64,000 nucleotides of DNA, taken from positions 1 through 64,000 of the forward strand of contig JAPNQO010000053.1 in assembly GCA_027251445.1 (NCBI GenBank), given 5' to 3'. Positions 41,639 through 51,505 of this stretch are shown piece after piece (the first letter of the stretch is position 1; every line of letters starts with the position of its first letter). The stretch comes from Fidelibacterota bacterium (GTDB lineage Bacteria; Fidelibacterota; Marinisomatia; Marinisomatales; TCS55). The notes under the pieces were generated by a model, which was not told the origin of the DNA, searched no databases, and saw nothing but the letters and a program-made list of their open reading frames with translations. The position numbers were made by a program, and so were the translations under genes.

Positions 41639-42781
41639 ATGTTTAAAATATTAAAGAAGTGCTTAATGATAGTAATATGGTTTGTATTTGCAATAAAAGC
41701 AGAAGATTCAGATTGGGATACTAGAATTGTAAAAACGGAAAAAGTTTCATTTCAAGTAGAGACATATGCAGATGGCTTTGAAATCCCTTGGGGAATGGCA
41801 TTTTTGCCTGATAATAGAATGATGGTAACAGATCGTATTGGAGACCTATGGATTGTAGAAAAGGATGGAAAAGATAAGGTAAAAGTAAGTGGTGAAATAC
41901 CAAATGTTCGATCTAAAGGACAAGGTGGGATGCTTGATGTGGCTGTACACCCTGATTTTAATACAAATTCCTATATCTATTTATCTTTTAGTGACTATTC
42001 TGAAAATAAGTCGCATACATCATTAATTCGTGCGAAGCTTGTGAATAATAGTTTAGTTAATTCTCAAATAATTTTTAGGCCCGAAGAAAAATTTTTTACT
42101 AAAAGAAGTCTTCATTTTGGTTCTAGGATTATATTTGATGATAAAGGATTTATATTCTTTTGCATTGGGGATAGAGGCGATAGGGATTTAGCCCAGAATC
42201 TTGATATGCCAAATGGTAAAATGTATCGCATACGTGATGATGGAACGATACCTATAGATAATCCATTTTATTATACAAAAGGAGCAATTAAATCTATATG
42301 GTCATATGGACATAGAAATCCTCAAGGATTGGCTATACACCCATCAACAAGGCAATTATGGGAAGCAGAACATGGTCCTCGAGGTGGAGATGAAGTAAAT
42401 ATTATTTTGAGGGGACATAATTATGGGTGGCCTGTGATCACGTATGGAAAAAATTATTCTGGAACAATTATATCAAAACTCACTCATCATGAAGGAATGG
42501 ATCAGCCGGTATTTCATTGGACACCTTCAATTGCAGTATGTGGAATAGCATTTTATGAAGGTAGTCAGTTTCCTGAATGGAAAAATAATCTTTTAGCAAC
42601 ATCCTTAAAATATGAGCGCTTACATCGTGTAGAGTTAGATGGAATGAATATAGTTAAAGATGAAATAATCTTCGAAGCTGAAAGCAGGGTTCGCGATGTT
42701 GAAGTTGGGCCTGATGGTATAATTTATGTTGCATTAGAAGACCCCGGTCGTATTGTAAAATTAACTCGTTACAGTAAGTGA
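41639..42781 (+). CDS. PQQ-dependent sugar dehydrogenase (glucose/sorbosone family)
   Basis: PWGMAFLPD, GQGGMLDV, HFGSRI, YGHRNPQGL, EHGPRGGDE, NYGWP. Confidence 0.92.
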   Translation: MFKILKKCLMIVIWFVFAIKAEDSDWDTRIVKTEKVSFQVETYADGFEIPWGMAFLPDNRMMVTDRIGDLWIVEKDGKDKVKVSGEIPNVRSKGQGGMLDVAVHPDFNTNSYIYLSFSDYSENKSHTSLIRAKLVNNSLVNSQIIFRPEEKFFTKRSLHFGSRIIFDDKGFIFFCIGDRGDRDLAQNLDMPNGKMYRIRDDGTIPIDNPFYYTKGAIKSIWSYGHRNPQGLAIHPSTRQLWEAEHGPRGGDEVNIILRGHNYGWPVITYGKNYSGTIISKLTHHEGMDQPVFHWTPSIAVCGIAFYEGSQFPEWKNNLLATSLKYERLHRVELDGMNIVKDEIIFEAESRVRDVEVGPDGIIYVALEDPGRIVKLTRYSK

Positions 42782-42999
42782 AAATTAATCAAATAATAAA
42801 TATTATTTATAAATCTCTATGGGTTGTATTGTTATTTCTTATTATAACCTTTGATCGATCCAATAGTTACAGTGTATATATCACATTAGGATTATTAATA
42901 TTATTAACTATAATTGCAGTTATAAGGGCAATTAATTTGCGGAATGAATGGAGGCCTATTGCTGAAGAATATTATGTTGAAAAAATGGATGAAGAATAA
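42778..42999 (+). CDS. Small two-TM hypothetical membrane protein
   Basis: 73-aa ORF with a 4-nt overlap of the upstream stop; two hydrophobic stretches. Confidence 0.6.
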   Translation: MKINQIINIIYKSLWVVLLFLIITFDRSNSYSVYITLGLLILLTIIAVIRAINLRNEWRPIAEEYYVEKMDEE

Positions 43000-43047
43000 G
43001 CATTATCCTTTTAAAATTTTTATTCCATCTAATTAAATAGATTTAAA

Positions 43048-43569
43048 ATGAATTTGATTTTGAAAGCAACAAAATTTTCTGCATTAAAACATCAAAGTCA
43101 AAAAAGAAAAGATAGAAAGACACCATATATCATTCATCCAATTTCAGTTGCTATGATTTTAGCAGAAATTGGAGGTATAGATGATAAGGAAATATTATCA
43201 GCAGCTTTATTACATGATACGATTGAAGATACAGATACAACAGCAGGTGAAATTGAGATAGAGTTTGGATCTAGAGTTAGAGGAATAGTTGAGGAGCTTA
43301 CTGATAATAAACTATTAAGTTATGCAGAAAGAAAACAACTGCAAATTGATCATGCTCCTAAGTTATCTAAGGAAGCTACTTTAATAAAAATTTCAGACAA
43401 AATATCTAATATCACAGATGTGATAAATGAAAGACCCCCTGAATGGGATAATAACCGATGCGATGAATATATTGATTGGGCAGAAGCTGTAATTAACAAT
43501 TGTCATAAAGTAAATACTCCCTTAGAGAATCATTTTTATAATCTTGTAAATTCTTATAAGTTGAAATGA
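43048..43569 (+). CDS. Stand-alone HD-domain (p)ppGpp-hydrolase-like protein (Mesh1/small alarmone hydrolase type)
   Basis: H..QKRK...PYIIHP, AALLHDTIEDT, VEELTD, K.SDKISN. Confidence 0.88.
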   Translation: MNLILKATKFSALKHQSQKRKDRKTPYIIHPISVAMILAEIGGIDDKEILSAALLHDTIEDTDTTAGEIEIEFGSRVRGIVEELTDNKLLSYAERKQLQIDHAPKLSKEATLIKISDKISNITDVINERPPEWDNNRCDEYIDWAEAVINNCHKVNTPLENHFYNLVNSYKLK

Positions 43570-44369
43570 AGCTAATTTATCTAATAACTATTTTTCAAAT
43601 ACTAATTCTTAATGCTCAATCAAGATTAGATAGTTTATACTATTTGGTTCAACAATTTGAAGATGAGGTTACAAAAACTACAATAGAGCTAGATAGCCTT
43701 CAAAAAATACTAAGCTCATTACATGCTAAATATGCAGAAGAACGATTTTTACTGATGGAAAAATCAGTAGTAAAACGCATTAATAGAGCCGCATTCGCTG
43801 GAATGTGGATTGATAAGCCATTGGAAGGAAAAAGAAAAAAAATTCTGCAAGGAAAAGAAATTTACTTATATCCTCATTATATACAGGACTTTATTCGTAT
43901 ATCCTATAATGATACAATTGGCTATATGAGTTCGGCATTTTATGATCAAATAGGTTTGCCTCCTTATTTTCAAGAAGCAAGACAACACGCTATTATTAGA
44001 GAAAAAACTAAATTAAATCTTGATAATGAAAAAGAGCGTTTTAAGCGTCGTGAAAAGGAAATGATTCATGAAGCAAAATATCTCGCAAAAAATATTGAAG
44101 ACCTATCATATGCACAGAAGAAAAAAGAGTATCGAAAGCGAATTTTACTAGATAAATGGGGTGAAGATCTTGGGTATAAGATAAATGCAGGTCTTATTGA
44201 AATTGGTTTTACAGAAATGATGGTTGAAGAAGCTCTTGGTCACCCTGATAATATTAATCGTACAGAGTATTCTTTCTTCATACGAGAACAATGGGTTTAT
44301 AATATAGGTAAATATCATTACGTTTATTTGGAAGATGGTATTGTTACAGCTATACAATTCAAAGGATAG
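43566..44369 (+). CDS. Hypothetical exported coiled-coil protein
   Basis: Signal-like N terminus, charged helical segments, C-terminal IG.T.EMV..ALG.P..IN.T...EQWVY...Y.Y.EDG.VTAIQ module. Confidence 0.7.
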   Translation: MKLIYLITIFQILILNAQSRLDSLYYLVQQFEDEVTKTTIELDSLQKILSSLHAKYAEERFLLMEKSVVKRINRAAFAGMWIDKPLEGKRKKILQGKEIYLYPHYIQDFIRISYNDTIGYMSSAFYDQIGLPPYFQEARQHAIIREKTKLNLDNEKERFKRREKEMIHEAKYLAKNIEDLSYAQKKKEYRKRILLDKWGEDLGYKINAGLIEIGFTEMMVEEALGHPDNINRTEYSFFIREQWVYNIGKYHYVYLEDGIVTAIQFKG

Positions 44370-44374
44370 TTTAG

Positions 44375-45034
44375 TTGAAATATTCTAGTTCCATTTTATT
44401 TATCATTTTATTCACTTATACAAATAGCTTTGCTCAAGAACTAGATTCTACAGAATTAACTACTCAAGAATCATCTATTAATGCTGAGCTTGAAGAGGAA
44501 AAAATTCATATAAATAAAGAAGAAAACTCATTAAAAGAAAAAGATGAAACAAAGAAAATTCCCTTAGAATACGTAATTCCAACCTTTGATAAGTTAGGTG
44601 GCTTTACAGTGGGTTGGTCTATCAATCAGCCTTTTTTCTCAGGAGAACGATTTGAACTTGAAAAGTACCAACCAATATTTGGAATCATAATTGCTTCCCC
44701 ATTGACAATTTCATTTTCTAGATTCACTATTGGTTTTGGTCTTGGTATAGAATCAGGGAATGAGCAATCAACTATTTTTGGAACTGTAAATATGAAATTA
44801 TTTGGAAAATTTTCATTAATGGGTGGTATTGGATCAATAAATGATGCTGGCGTTCATTTTGGTGTTGGTTTTGATGTAGATGCACCAAATATTCCTATTT
44901 CAATAAAGCCATTTATAAGAGCAAATGGAAGTTTTGGTAGAAAGAATAATGAAGCACCTGAAAGTATCTTTTTTAATACATTACCTTTTTTAGGATGGGC
45001 TCAAGCAGGTGTCGTTATTGGATATAAACTTTAA
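44375..45034 (+). CDS. Hypothetical exported protein, possible small outer-membrane beta-barrel
   Basis: Signal peptide, acidic linker, alternating Gly/hydrophobic strands ending in GVVIGYKL. Confidence 0.65.
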   Translation: MKYSSSILFIILFTYTNSFAQELDSTELTTQESSINAELEEEKIHINKEENSLKEKDETKKIPLEYVIPTFDKLGGFTVGWSINQPFFSGERFELEKYQPIFGIIIASPLTISFSRFTIGFGLGIESGNEQSTIFGTVNMKLFGKFSLMGGIGSINDAGVHFGVGFDVDAPNIPISIKPFIRANGSFGRKNNEAPESIFFNTLPFLGWAQAGVVIGYKL

Positions 45035-45063
45035 TAGTATAATAATATTTTAAGGATGAAAAT

Positions 45064-45414
45064 ATGAATAGTTGTCCAAATATTGCTCGTGGTGAGGTCC
45101 GTAAACGCTTATATATAGGTTATGTAGGTTTATTTGGTACCATAATTACTATTATGTTCACAGTATTTTTCAACCAGGATCATTTACGTTTTCTTATTTT
45201 TTTCCCAGCAATACTTACAACAGTAACTTTTTTTGAGGCTTTGGACAGAACATGTATTGTATATGCATATTTAGGCATAAAGAATATGGGCGATAAATAT
45301 CATAAAGAAAGAGAGTCTGATTCTTTAAAGGTTCAACGAATACAATCAATAAAAATTGTTGTTAAGTCTATCATAAGCGCAATTATAATAACTGCAGCGG
45401 CATACATCATTTGA
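45064..45414 (+). CDS. Hypothetical membrane protein
   Basis: 116 aa, about three hydrophobic segments, N-terminal CPNI...E..KR. Confidence 0.7.
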   Translation: MNSCPNIARGEVRKRLYIGYVGLFGTIITIMFTVFFNQDHLRFLIFFPAILTTVTFFEALDRTCIVYAYLGIKNMGDKYHKERESDSLKVQRIQSIKIVVKSIISAIIITAAAYII

Positions 45415-45503
45415 TCAAGAAATTTATTATAAAGGTATTTGTGGTGTTAAGTATGAGTTTTTTGATCTATTTCTACCTAATAATCTGGTCAACCCATCTA
45501 TAG
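45411..45503 (+). CDS. Candidate 30-aa single-TM small protein; not in ORF track
   Basis: TTG start overlapping the upstream TGA; MIKKFIIKVFVVLSMSFLIYFYLIIWSTHL*. Confidence 0.35.
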   Translation: MIKKFIIKVFVVLSMSFLIYFYLIIWSTHL

Positions 45504-45509
45504 ATGTTG

Positions 45510-45583
45510 TAGCGGAGGAGGGAGTTGAACCCCCGACCTTCGGATTATGATTCCGCTGCTCTAACCAGCTGAGCTACTCCGCC
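45510..45583 (-). tRNA. tRNA with CAT anticodon, probably elongator Met
   Basis: Reverse complement GGCGGAGTAGCTCAGCTGGTTAGAGCAGCGGAATCATAATCCGAAGGTCGGGGGTTCAACTCCCTCCTCCGCTA; G1:U72 pair, no initiator GGG/CCC anticodon stem. Confidence 0.9.
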
Positions 45584-45770
45584 ATTAAAGGTTCTGAAGT
45601 TAATAATAGCCTCTTTCTACACCAATATGTATTGTTGTAGGTTATAGCGTTGGTATGTAAGTTATTCAAGTAAGAAATAATCTACACTTTATAGAAACTA
45701 AACACTTTACTAAACTTGTTTTAGAGAGCATTTTCAAGGTAATTTCAACGTAATAAACCGGCTTAGTCCG

Positions 45771-47144
45771 ATGCGCAAGTTCTACATACTGTTTTTTATA
45801 TTCTTTAACTGTCTTTTTAGTCAGAAGATTTCTCTACTTCCAACTCCTTTTGATATGAGTGTTGATCAATTCCGTGGTGGTGAATCAAAGACAGAAGTTG
45901 TCATTAATCTTATGATTCCTAAAAAGTTATTCCAGTGGGTAGATGATGGTGAAGAATATAAGTTTGAAGGTTTAGTTGATGTTCGTGTATTTATTAATGG
46001 TGAAACCGCTGCTCAAGATGTTTTTCGCATACTTGAAAAATCAGTGGATAGGCCCGGCCCCAATGAGAGATTAATAAGCATGGTTCAACAATCAAGATTT
46101 TTATTAAGTCGTGGTAGCGTTGTATTTACTGCTACTATAACTGATTTATCATCTAAGCAAGTTTATGTCTCAACAAAAAATGTAATTATTAGGAACATTA
46201 ATGATAGTTATTTATCAACAAGTGATTTGTTATTATGCACCTTTTTAAAAAGAGAAAAAGAATTTGATGAAGGAAGTATAAATCGAAATGGATTTACTAT
46301 AGCTCCAAACCCTGGTGGGGTATTTGGTTTAGGAAGACCAATGCTATATTCTTATGGAGAAATATATGGTTTTAGTGGTGATAATGGTACATATACGTTA
46401 GGCTATCAAATCTATGATCAAAAGGGAAAGGAAATCATCCAACGCGGACCTTTTATAAAAGATATACCTGGCGAATCTAGCGTTGAGACATTTGGTATGA
46501 ACATTATGGGCTTACTTGCAGGTAGGTATACGTTAAGGCTTACTATTCAAGATAATCAAACAGAAAAGAATACTTTCATTGATAGAGAATTTTTTGTTGT
46601 AAAAGAACAACCTGTAGATTTTAAAAGCAACTTTACAATCATACTCGATGCAATGGATAATGATGAATTGAAGGATTTTATAGATATAGTTGGATATTTC
46701 ATGACAGATTTAGAACTTCAAGCTATAATTAAATCTGATAGATCTGAAAAAATTGTGCAAATAGTAAATTTTTTTCAACAACGTGATTTTGATACAAGTA
46801 CATCCCAAAATGAATTTTATAATCGATTAAATAAATATATAGCGATTGCAGATCAACAGTATTCAACAAGAAGCTTCTTGGGTAGTAAAACAGATAGAGG
46901 ACGTGTGTTAATAGTATATGGCCGTCCAAATGATATAGAATCATATAATGCAAATGAAGAAAGATTAAGTTATGAGATATGGGAGTATGAAGATTCAGAT
47001 AATGGTTATTTATTTATTTTTATTAATAAAGAAGATGGTTCTGGTATGTTTGAACAAATCCATTCAACCCATCCAAATGAATTTCGTAACTACCGATGGA
47101 AGGATATGATAATAAGAGGAACTACTAATTTAATAGATTTTTAA
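45771..47144 (+). CDS. GWxTD-domain protein, exported
   Basis: Signal peptide; C-terminal RD.DT.T..NEF, GSKTDRGRVLIVYGRP, YEIWEY. Confidence 0.85.
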   Translation: MRKFYILFFIFFNCLFSQKISLLPTPFDMSVDQFRGGESKTEVVINLMIPKKLFQWVDDGEEYKFEGLVDVRVFINGETAAQDVFRILEKSVDRPGPNERLISMVQQSRFLLSRGSVVFTATITDLSSKQVYVSTKNVIIRNINDSYLSTSDLLLCTFLKREKEFDEGSINRNGFTIAPNPGGVFGLGRPMLYSYGEIYGFSGDNGTYTLGYQIYDQKGKEIIQRGPFIKDIPGESSVETFGMNIMGLLAGRYTLRLTIQDNQTEKNTFIDREFFVVKEQPVDFKSNFTIILDAMDNDELKDFIDIVGYFMTDLELQAIIKSDRSEKIVQIVNFFQQRDFDTSTSQNEFYNRLNKYIAIADQQYSTRSFLGSKTDRGRVLIVYGRPNDIESYNANEERLSYEIWEYEDSDNGYLFIFINKEDGSGMFEQIHSTHPNEFRNYRWKDMIIRGTTNLIDF

Positions 47145-47170
47145 TGAGTTTTTAGATAGGAGTATAAAAT

Positions 47171-48511
47171 ATGTATAAGTCTGTAGATAATTTCATGAAA
47201 AATGTTATTTCGAGATCCCCAGGTGAGGATGAATTTCATCAAGCTGTGCATGAAGTAATTTCTTCTATATGGGGATATGTTCAAGATCACCCACAATATA
47301 TTCATGAAGGAATATTGGATCGGATTGTTGAACCTGAACGAGTTATTATGTTTCGTGTCCCATGGCGCGATGATCGCGGAAAAACACAAGTTAATCGCGG
47401 ATATAGAGTAGAGTTTAACTCGGCTATTGGACCGTATAAGGGAGGTCTACGGTTTCATGCGTCAGTTAATCTCAGTATTTTAAAATTTCTTGGATTTGAG
47501 CAGATATTTAAAAATAGTCTTACTACACTTCCAATGGGTGGTGGTAAAGGTGGGTCCGACTTTGACCCTAAAGGGAAATCTGATAATGAAGTTATGAGTT
47601 TTTGCCAATCTTTTATGACGGAACTTTTTCGTCATATTGGTCCTAAAACTGATGTTCCTGCTGGTGATATAGGCGTTGGAGGTCGTGAAATTGGATATCT
47701 ATTTGGTCAATATAAGCGATTGCGGAATGAATTTACTGGTGTATTAACTGGTAAAGGTTTGAATTGGGGTGGAAGTAGAATTAGACCAGAAGCTACGGGT
47801 TATGGCGCTGTTTATTTTGCTGAAGAAATGTTAAAACGAAGAAACGAATCTTTTGAAGGAAAAACTGTAGCCGTATCAGGGTCCGGTAATGTTGCTCAAT
47901 ATGCGACGGAAAAAGTTACTCAATTAGGAGCTAAGGTTGTAACTATGTCTGATTCAAATGGTACAATTCATGACCCAGATGGTATTAATGAAGAAAAATT
48001 AGCATGGATTATGGATTTGAAAAATATTAAGAGGGGTAGAATAAAAGAATATTCTTCCGAATTTAATTGCGATTATATAGATGGTAAAAAACCTTGGGTA
48101 ATTCCCTGTGATATAGCATTACCATGTGCAACCCAAAATGAAATTAATTCAAATGATGCAAAAATATTAATTAAGAATGGATGTATTTGTGTATCTGAAG
48201 GAGCAAATATGCCTTCAGATGCTGAAGCAATTGATGTATTCACAAATAAGAAAATCTTATTTGGTCCAGGAAAAGCAGCCAATGCTGGTGGAGTAGCAGT
48301 CTCAGGATTAGAAATGAGTCAAAATAATATGGGTTTAGCTTGGGCAAGAGATGAAGTAGATCAACGTTTACGCCAGATCATGAAAGATATTCATAGTCAA
48401 TGTACTGAATTTGGATCGGATGCTGATAATTATGTGAATTATGTCAAAGGAGCAAATATAGGTGGGTTTATAAAAGTTGCTGATGCAATGATTGATCAGG
48501 GTGTCGTATAG
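47171..48511 (+). CDS. gdhA: NADP-specific glutamate dehydrogenase
   Basis: GPYKGGLRFH, GGGKGGSDFDP, DVPAGDIGVG, RPEATGYG, SGSGNVA, EGANMP. Confidence 0.97.
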   Translation: MYKSVDNFMKNVISRSPGEDEFHQAVHEVISSIWGYVQDHPQYIHEGILDRIVEPERVIMFRVPWRDDRGKTQVNRGYRVEFNSAIGPYKGGLRFHASVNLSILKFLGFEQIFKNSLTTLPMGGGKGGSDFDPKGKSDNEVMSFCQSFMTELFRHIGPKTDVPAGDIGVGGREIGYLFGQYKRLRNEFTGVLTGKGLNWGGSRIRPEATGYGAVYFAEEMLKRRNESFEGKTVAVSGSGNVAQYATEKVTQLGAKVVTMSDSNGTIHDPDGINEEKLAWIMDLKNIKRGRIKEYSSEFNCDYIDGKKPWVIPCDIALPCATQNEINSNDAKILIKNGCICVSEGANMPSDAEAIDVFTNKKILFGPGKAANAGGVAVSGLEMSQNNMGLAWARDEVDQRLRQIMKDIHSQCTEFGSDADNYVNYVKGANIGGFIKVADAMIDQGVV

Positions 48512-51505
48512 CTATATTCCACTAGCTTCATGCTCATTCATAGGTTCTATATCTGATATTTTAGGTTTTAATATGATTCCATTGCCAGTTTGACCATCAA
48601 TCTTTATTCTTAAAGGTTGCTCAAGGATATAACAGGTAGCAAATTTTTTATTTTTAAATACTTTTTGTTTTTCTAACCATTTATGATCAAAAGATTCATC
48701 TTTAGAAGTATGGTCTATGGTAAAATACCCCAACCTCATGCTTGTAATATTTTGAAAAAAGTGACTTCCAAATGAGGGGTCAACTGGAAAATCTTTAATC
48801 CCTATTTCAATAATAGCACTTGCACCACTTATTTGTTCCCAGTTCACGGGTATCCCTAACCAAGGGTCAGCAGATCCCCATCGTCCCGGGCCAGCAAGAA
48901 TATAGGGGTTTTTATTTATCATCATATTATTCAACTGATGAATTTCTTTAGCTATTTGTTTAGTATTTGATGCTCTAAAACGTTTTGGATCAACAAAAAT
49001 TATATGTTGTACATTATCAATAAATCCATCACCTAATGTTACTTTGCTATTACATAATACCGATTTTGATGGTTCATTATCCATATTAATTAATTCTCTA
49101 GAACCACCCATTACCATTGGTTTAATCTGTAGTAATGAGAATTCTGGCTTTTTATTTTTATCCTCAAATATATTCACAGCAAATTCTATTTCCACTTCAC
49201 ACCCAAGAGCATCTTTTCCCATTTCTAATAAATTGTTCAATATATCTACAATTGGGAACATTGACCATTTCAATATGGGGGTAAAGGTTATTACTCTAGT
49301 CCCTTTTTGAGACAAATTATCTCTAATAACATTATCTTCATTTGAGACAACACTTCCAGACCATTTCAAAGATCCATCTTTTTCAGCTGTTTTTAAACTA
49401 AAGGATGTCAAGTTTTTATCTTCATTTTTCAAAGCTGAAGAATTACTAGCTTTTAATCTCATAGCATAGAAAGAATTTTGAGAGCTCTCAATAGTTGCTT
49501 TAATTGAATAGTGTTGTGGTAATATCCCAGGATATTTTGGAGAAAATCGAAGTGATTTTTCCCCATTTGCAATAGTACGTCCTAACCCAAGAGCTAAGTG
49601 AACTACCCCTTCATCTCTTTTCATATATGAAATAGGATAAAAATTAAAACTTTGAGCAGTACCGCTAAATGTTGGGTAAAAACGATCAATATAATTTTGT
49701 CCAACCATTTCCATTAATATTACTGCCATTTTTTCTTCTTCAATTCTGTGAACTGATCTATTTATAAGTGATTTTGGATCTTGATAAAAAGTAGACGCAT
49801 ATACAAGTTTTATAGCAGTAATTAAATCATCTAGTCTTTGACTGGTCTTGGATTGATTATTTGGTAGCATGTATGTAGCATACATGCCTGAAAGAGGTTG
49901 ATATTGTGAGTCCTCAAGTAAACTTGAAGATCTTACAGCTAAAGGATATTTTACTGATTTAATAAATACTTTAAGTGAATCTATTAAAGCCTTACTAAAA
50001 TTTGATTTAATAAATATATTATTTATTTGTTTATTAGATTTATTTGATAGTGCATCATTCCATAAATTATTTTCTCTCATAAATTCATCAAAGGAATCTG
50101 TTCCTATTACAGTTACATGCGGTATATTAATACTTACTTCTGGAAACCCATTTCGTATGGTTGAGGATCGAATCATCTTTTGAGCAAATGCTAACCCTCT
50201 TGCTTTACCTCCTAATGATCCACCAGATATTTGAATAAAACGCTTAGAATGATCAAATTTATTACGCTGTATTTCAACTACTTGTCTAGCCTTACGATTT
50301 TTAATCGTGTTATTAATAAGCTTGATTAAGTACTTTCGATGTTCATCAGAATCCTTAAAATCAGCATAATTTATAGGACGAACTTTTGATGCTAGCCCAA
50401 GGAATCCATGCGCTGCTAGCCAGTTAGAAAAGTGATTACTTTTAGCATGGAAAAGTAAAGATTCTTCTGGGGCAGAAGTAATTGCATCAGCTAATTCATT
50501 TAAATCTGAAGCTCTTATTATTTCCTTACCTTTAGGCGTTCTAAAAATCAAATCACCAAATCCAAAATTTTGAACAACAAAATCTCTTAATTCCCTTAAT
50601 AGCGTTGGAGAATCTTTATATAAAAAATGAGCATTCACTTCTTTAGCAAGGTTTGAATTTTTATTATGTTTTGATTGGAGCATGATGGGTATGCTCGGGT
50701 CTATTGAGCGTGCCCAACGTGCAAATTTTACACCTGCATTCTTATCAAGTTTATCATTTTTAGGAAAACGAATATCAGAAATTATACCAAGTGTACTCAT
50801 GCGAAATCGTTTAAAATATCTTTCTGCTTCTTCATATGATCGTGCCAAGAGTATTTTTGGTCTTCCACGCATATATAATAATCTTTCATGATCGCTCGCA
50901 CTTTTATCTACCATTTTCTTAACTTGATGACTTATCTCTTTATAAATCATTGGCAAAATAAGAGAATAATAGCTGGGAGAATCTTCAATAAGGATAATAC
51001 ATCGCACATCAGCTTTTTTTATATCTCTTTTAATATTCATTCTATCTTCAAGCAGTTTTACAATAGCCAGCAAAACATTTGCATTTCCTGACCAAATAAA
51101 AACGTTGTCTATTGAAGATCTTTCAAATTTTTCAGGTAATTGTTTTATCTCTGACTCATCGAAAGCAAGCAAAATAAGAGGCTTTTGCGGATAGAGTTCT
51201 TTTATTTTTGAACAAAAGAGTATTGGATCCATATCTGCAATTCTCATCATCACTACTATTAAGTCAAAATCTTGTCTTGTAAGCATCGTTAATGCGTCTG
51301 CAGCAGTGGATGTTTGCCATACTCTTGGGGCATTACTAAAATTCATGCCCATGTATTCATGTAATATTTGTTCAGTTAATCGCCCATCTTCCTCAAGAAC
51401 AAATGAGTCATATGGGCTTGCAACAAGTAAAATTTCATGAATTCGATGAAAAATTAAATCCTGTAACGTTAGTTTGTCTGCGTGTGTAAATTGTAGCGTT
51501 TTCAT
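48512..51505 (-). CDS. Receiver-like domains fused to a PEP-synthase/PPDK N-terminal ATP-grasp domain; function unknown
   Basis: ILLVAS, IILIEDSP, IISDIRFP (REC-like); GGKARGL, PLAVRSSSLLED, EEKMAV, VEIEFA (PPDK_N); C-terminal GPGRWGS.DPWLG and SFGSHFFQN. Confidence 0.85.
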   Translation of the reverse strand: MKTLQFTHADKLTLQDLIFHRIHEILLVASPYDSFVLEEDGRLTEQILHEYMGMNFSNAPRVWQTSTAADALTMLTRQDFDLIVVMMRIADMDPILFCSKIKELYPQKPLILLAFDESEIKQLPEKFERSSIDNVFIWSGNANVLLAIVKLLEDRMNIKRDIKKADVRCIILIEDSPSYYSLILPMIYKEISHQVKKMVDKSASDHERLLYMRGRPKILLARSYEEAERYFKRFRMSTLGIISDIRFPKNDKLDKNAGVKFARWARSIDPSIPIMLQSKHNKNSNLAKEVNAHFLYKDSPTLLRELRDFVVQNFGFGDLIFRTPKGKEIIRASDLNELADAITSAPEESLLFHAKSNHFSNWLAAHGFLGLASKVRPINYADFKDSDEHRKYLIKLINNTIKNRKARQVVEIQRNKFDHSKRFIQISGGSLGGKARGLAFAQKMIRSSTIRNGFPEVSINIPHVTVIGTDSFDEFMRENNLWNDALSNKSNKQINNIFIKSNFSKALIDSLKVFIKSVKYPLAVRSSSLLEDSQYQPLSGMYATYMLPNNQSKTSQRLDDLITAIKLVYASTFYQDPKSLINRSVHRIEEEKMAVILMEMVGQNYIDRFYPTFSGTAQSFNFYPISYMKRDEGVVHLALGLGRTIANGEKSLRFSPKYPGILPQHYSIKATIESSQNSFYAMRLKASNSSALKNEDKNLTSFSLKTAEKDGSLKWSGSVVSNEDNVIRDNLSQKGTRVITFTPILKWSMFPIVDILNNLLEMGKDALGCEVEIEFAVNIFEDKNKKPEFSLLQIKPMVMGGSRELINMDNEPSKSVLCNSKVTLGDGFIDNVQHIIFVDPKRFRASNTKQIAKEIHQLNNMMINKNPYILAGPGRWGSADPWLGIPVNWEQISGASAIIEIGIKDFPVDPSFGSHFFQNITSMRLGYFTIDHTSKDESFDHKWLEKQKVFKNKKFATCYILEQPLRIKIDGQTGNGIILKPKISDIEPMNEHEASGI

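Noticed and set aside
37046..45583. Integrative element at tRNA-Met
   Set aside because: No integrase or transposase and no duplicated tRNA 3' end found, so it is not called a mobile element.
48512..51505. Calling this gene ppsA or ppdK
   Set aside because: It lacks the C-terminal PEP/pyruvate-binding barrel and has receiver-like domains.
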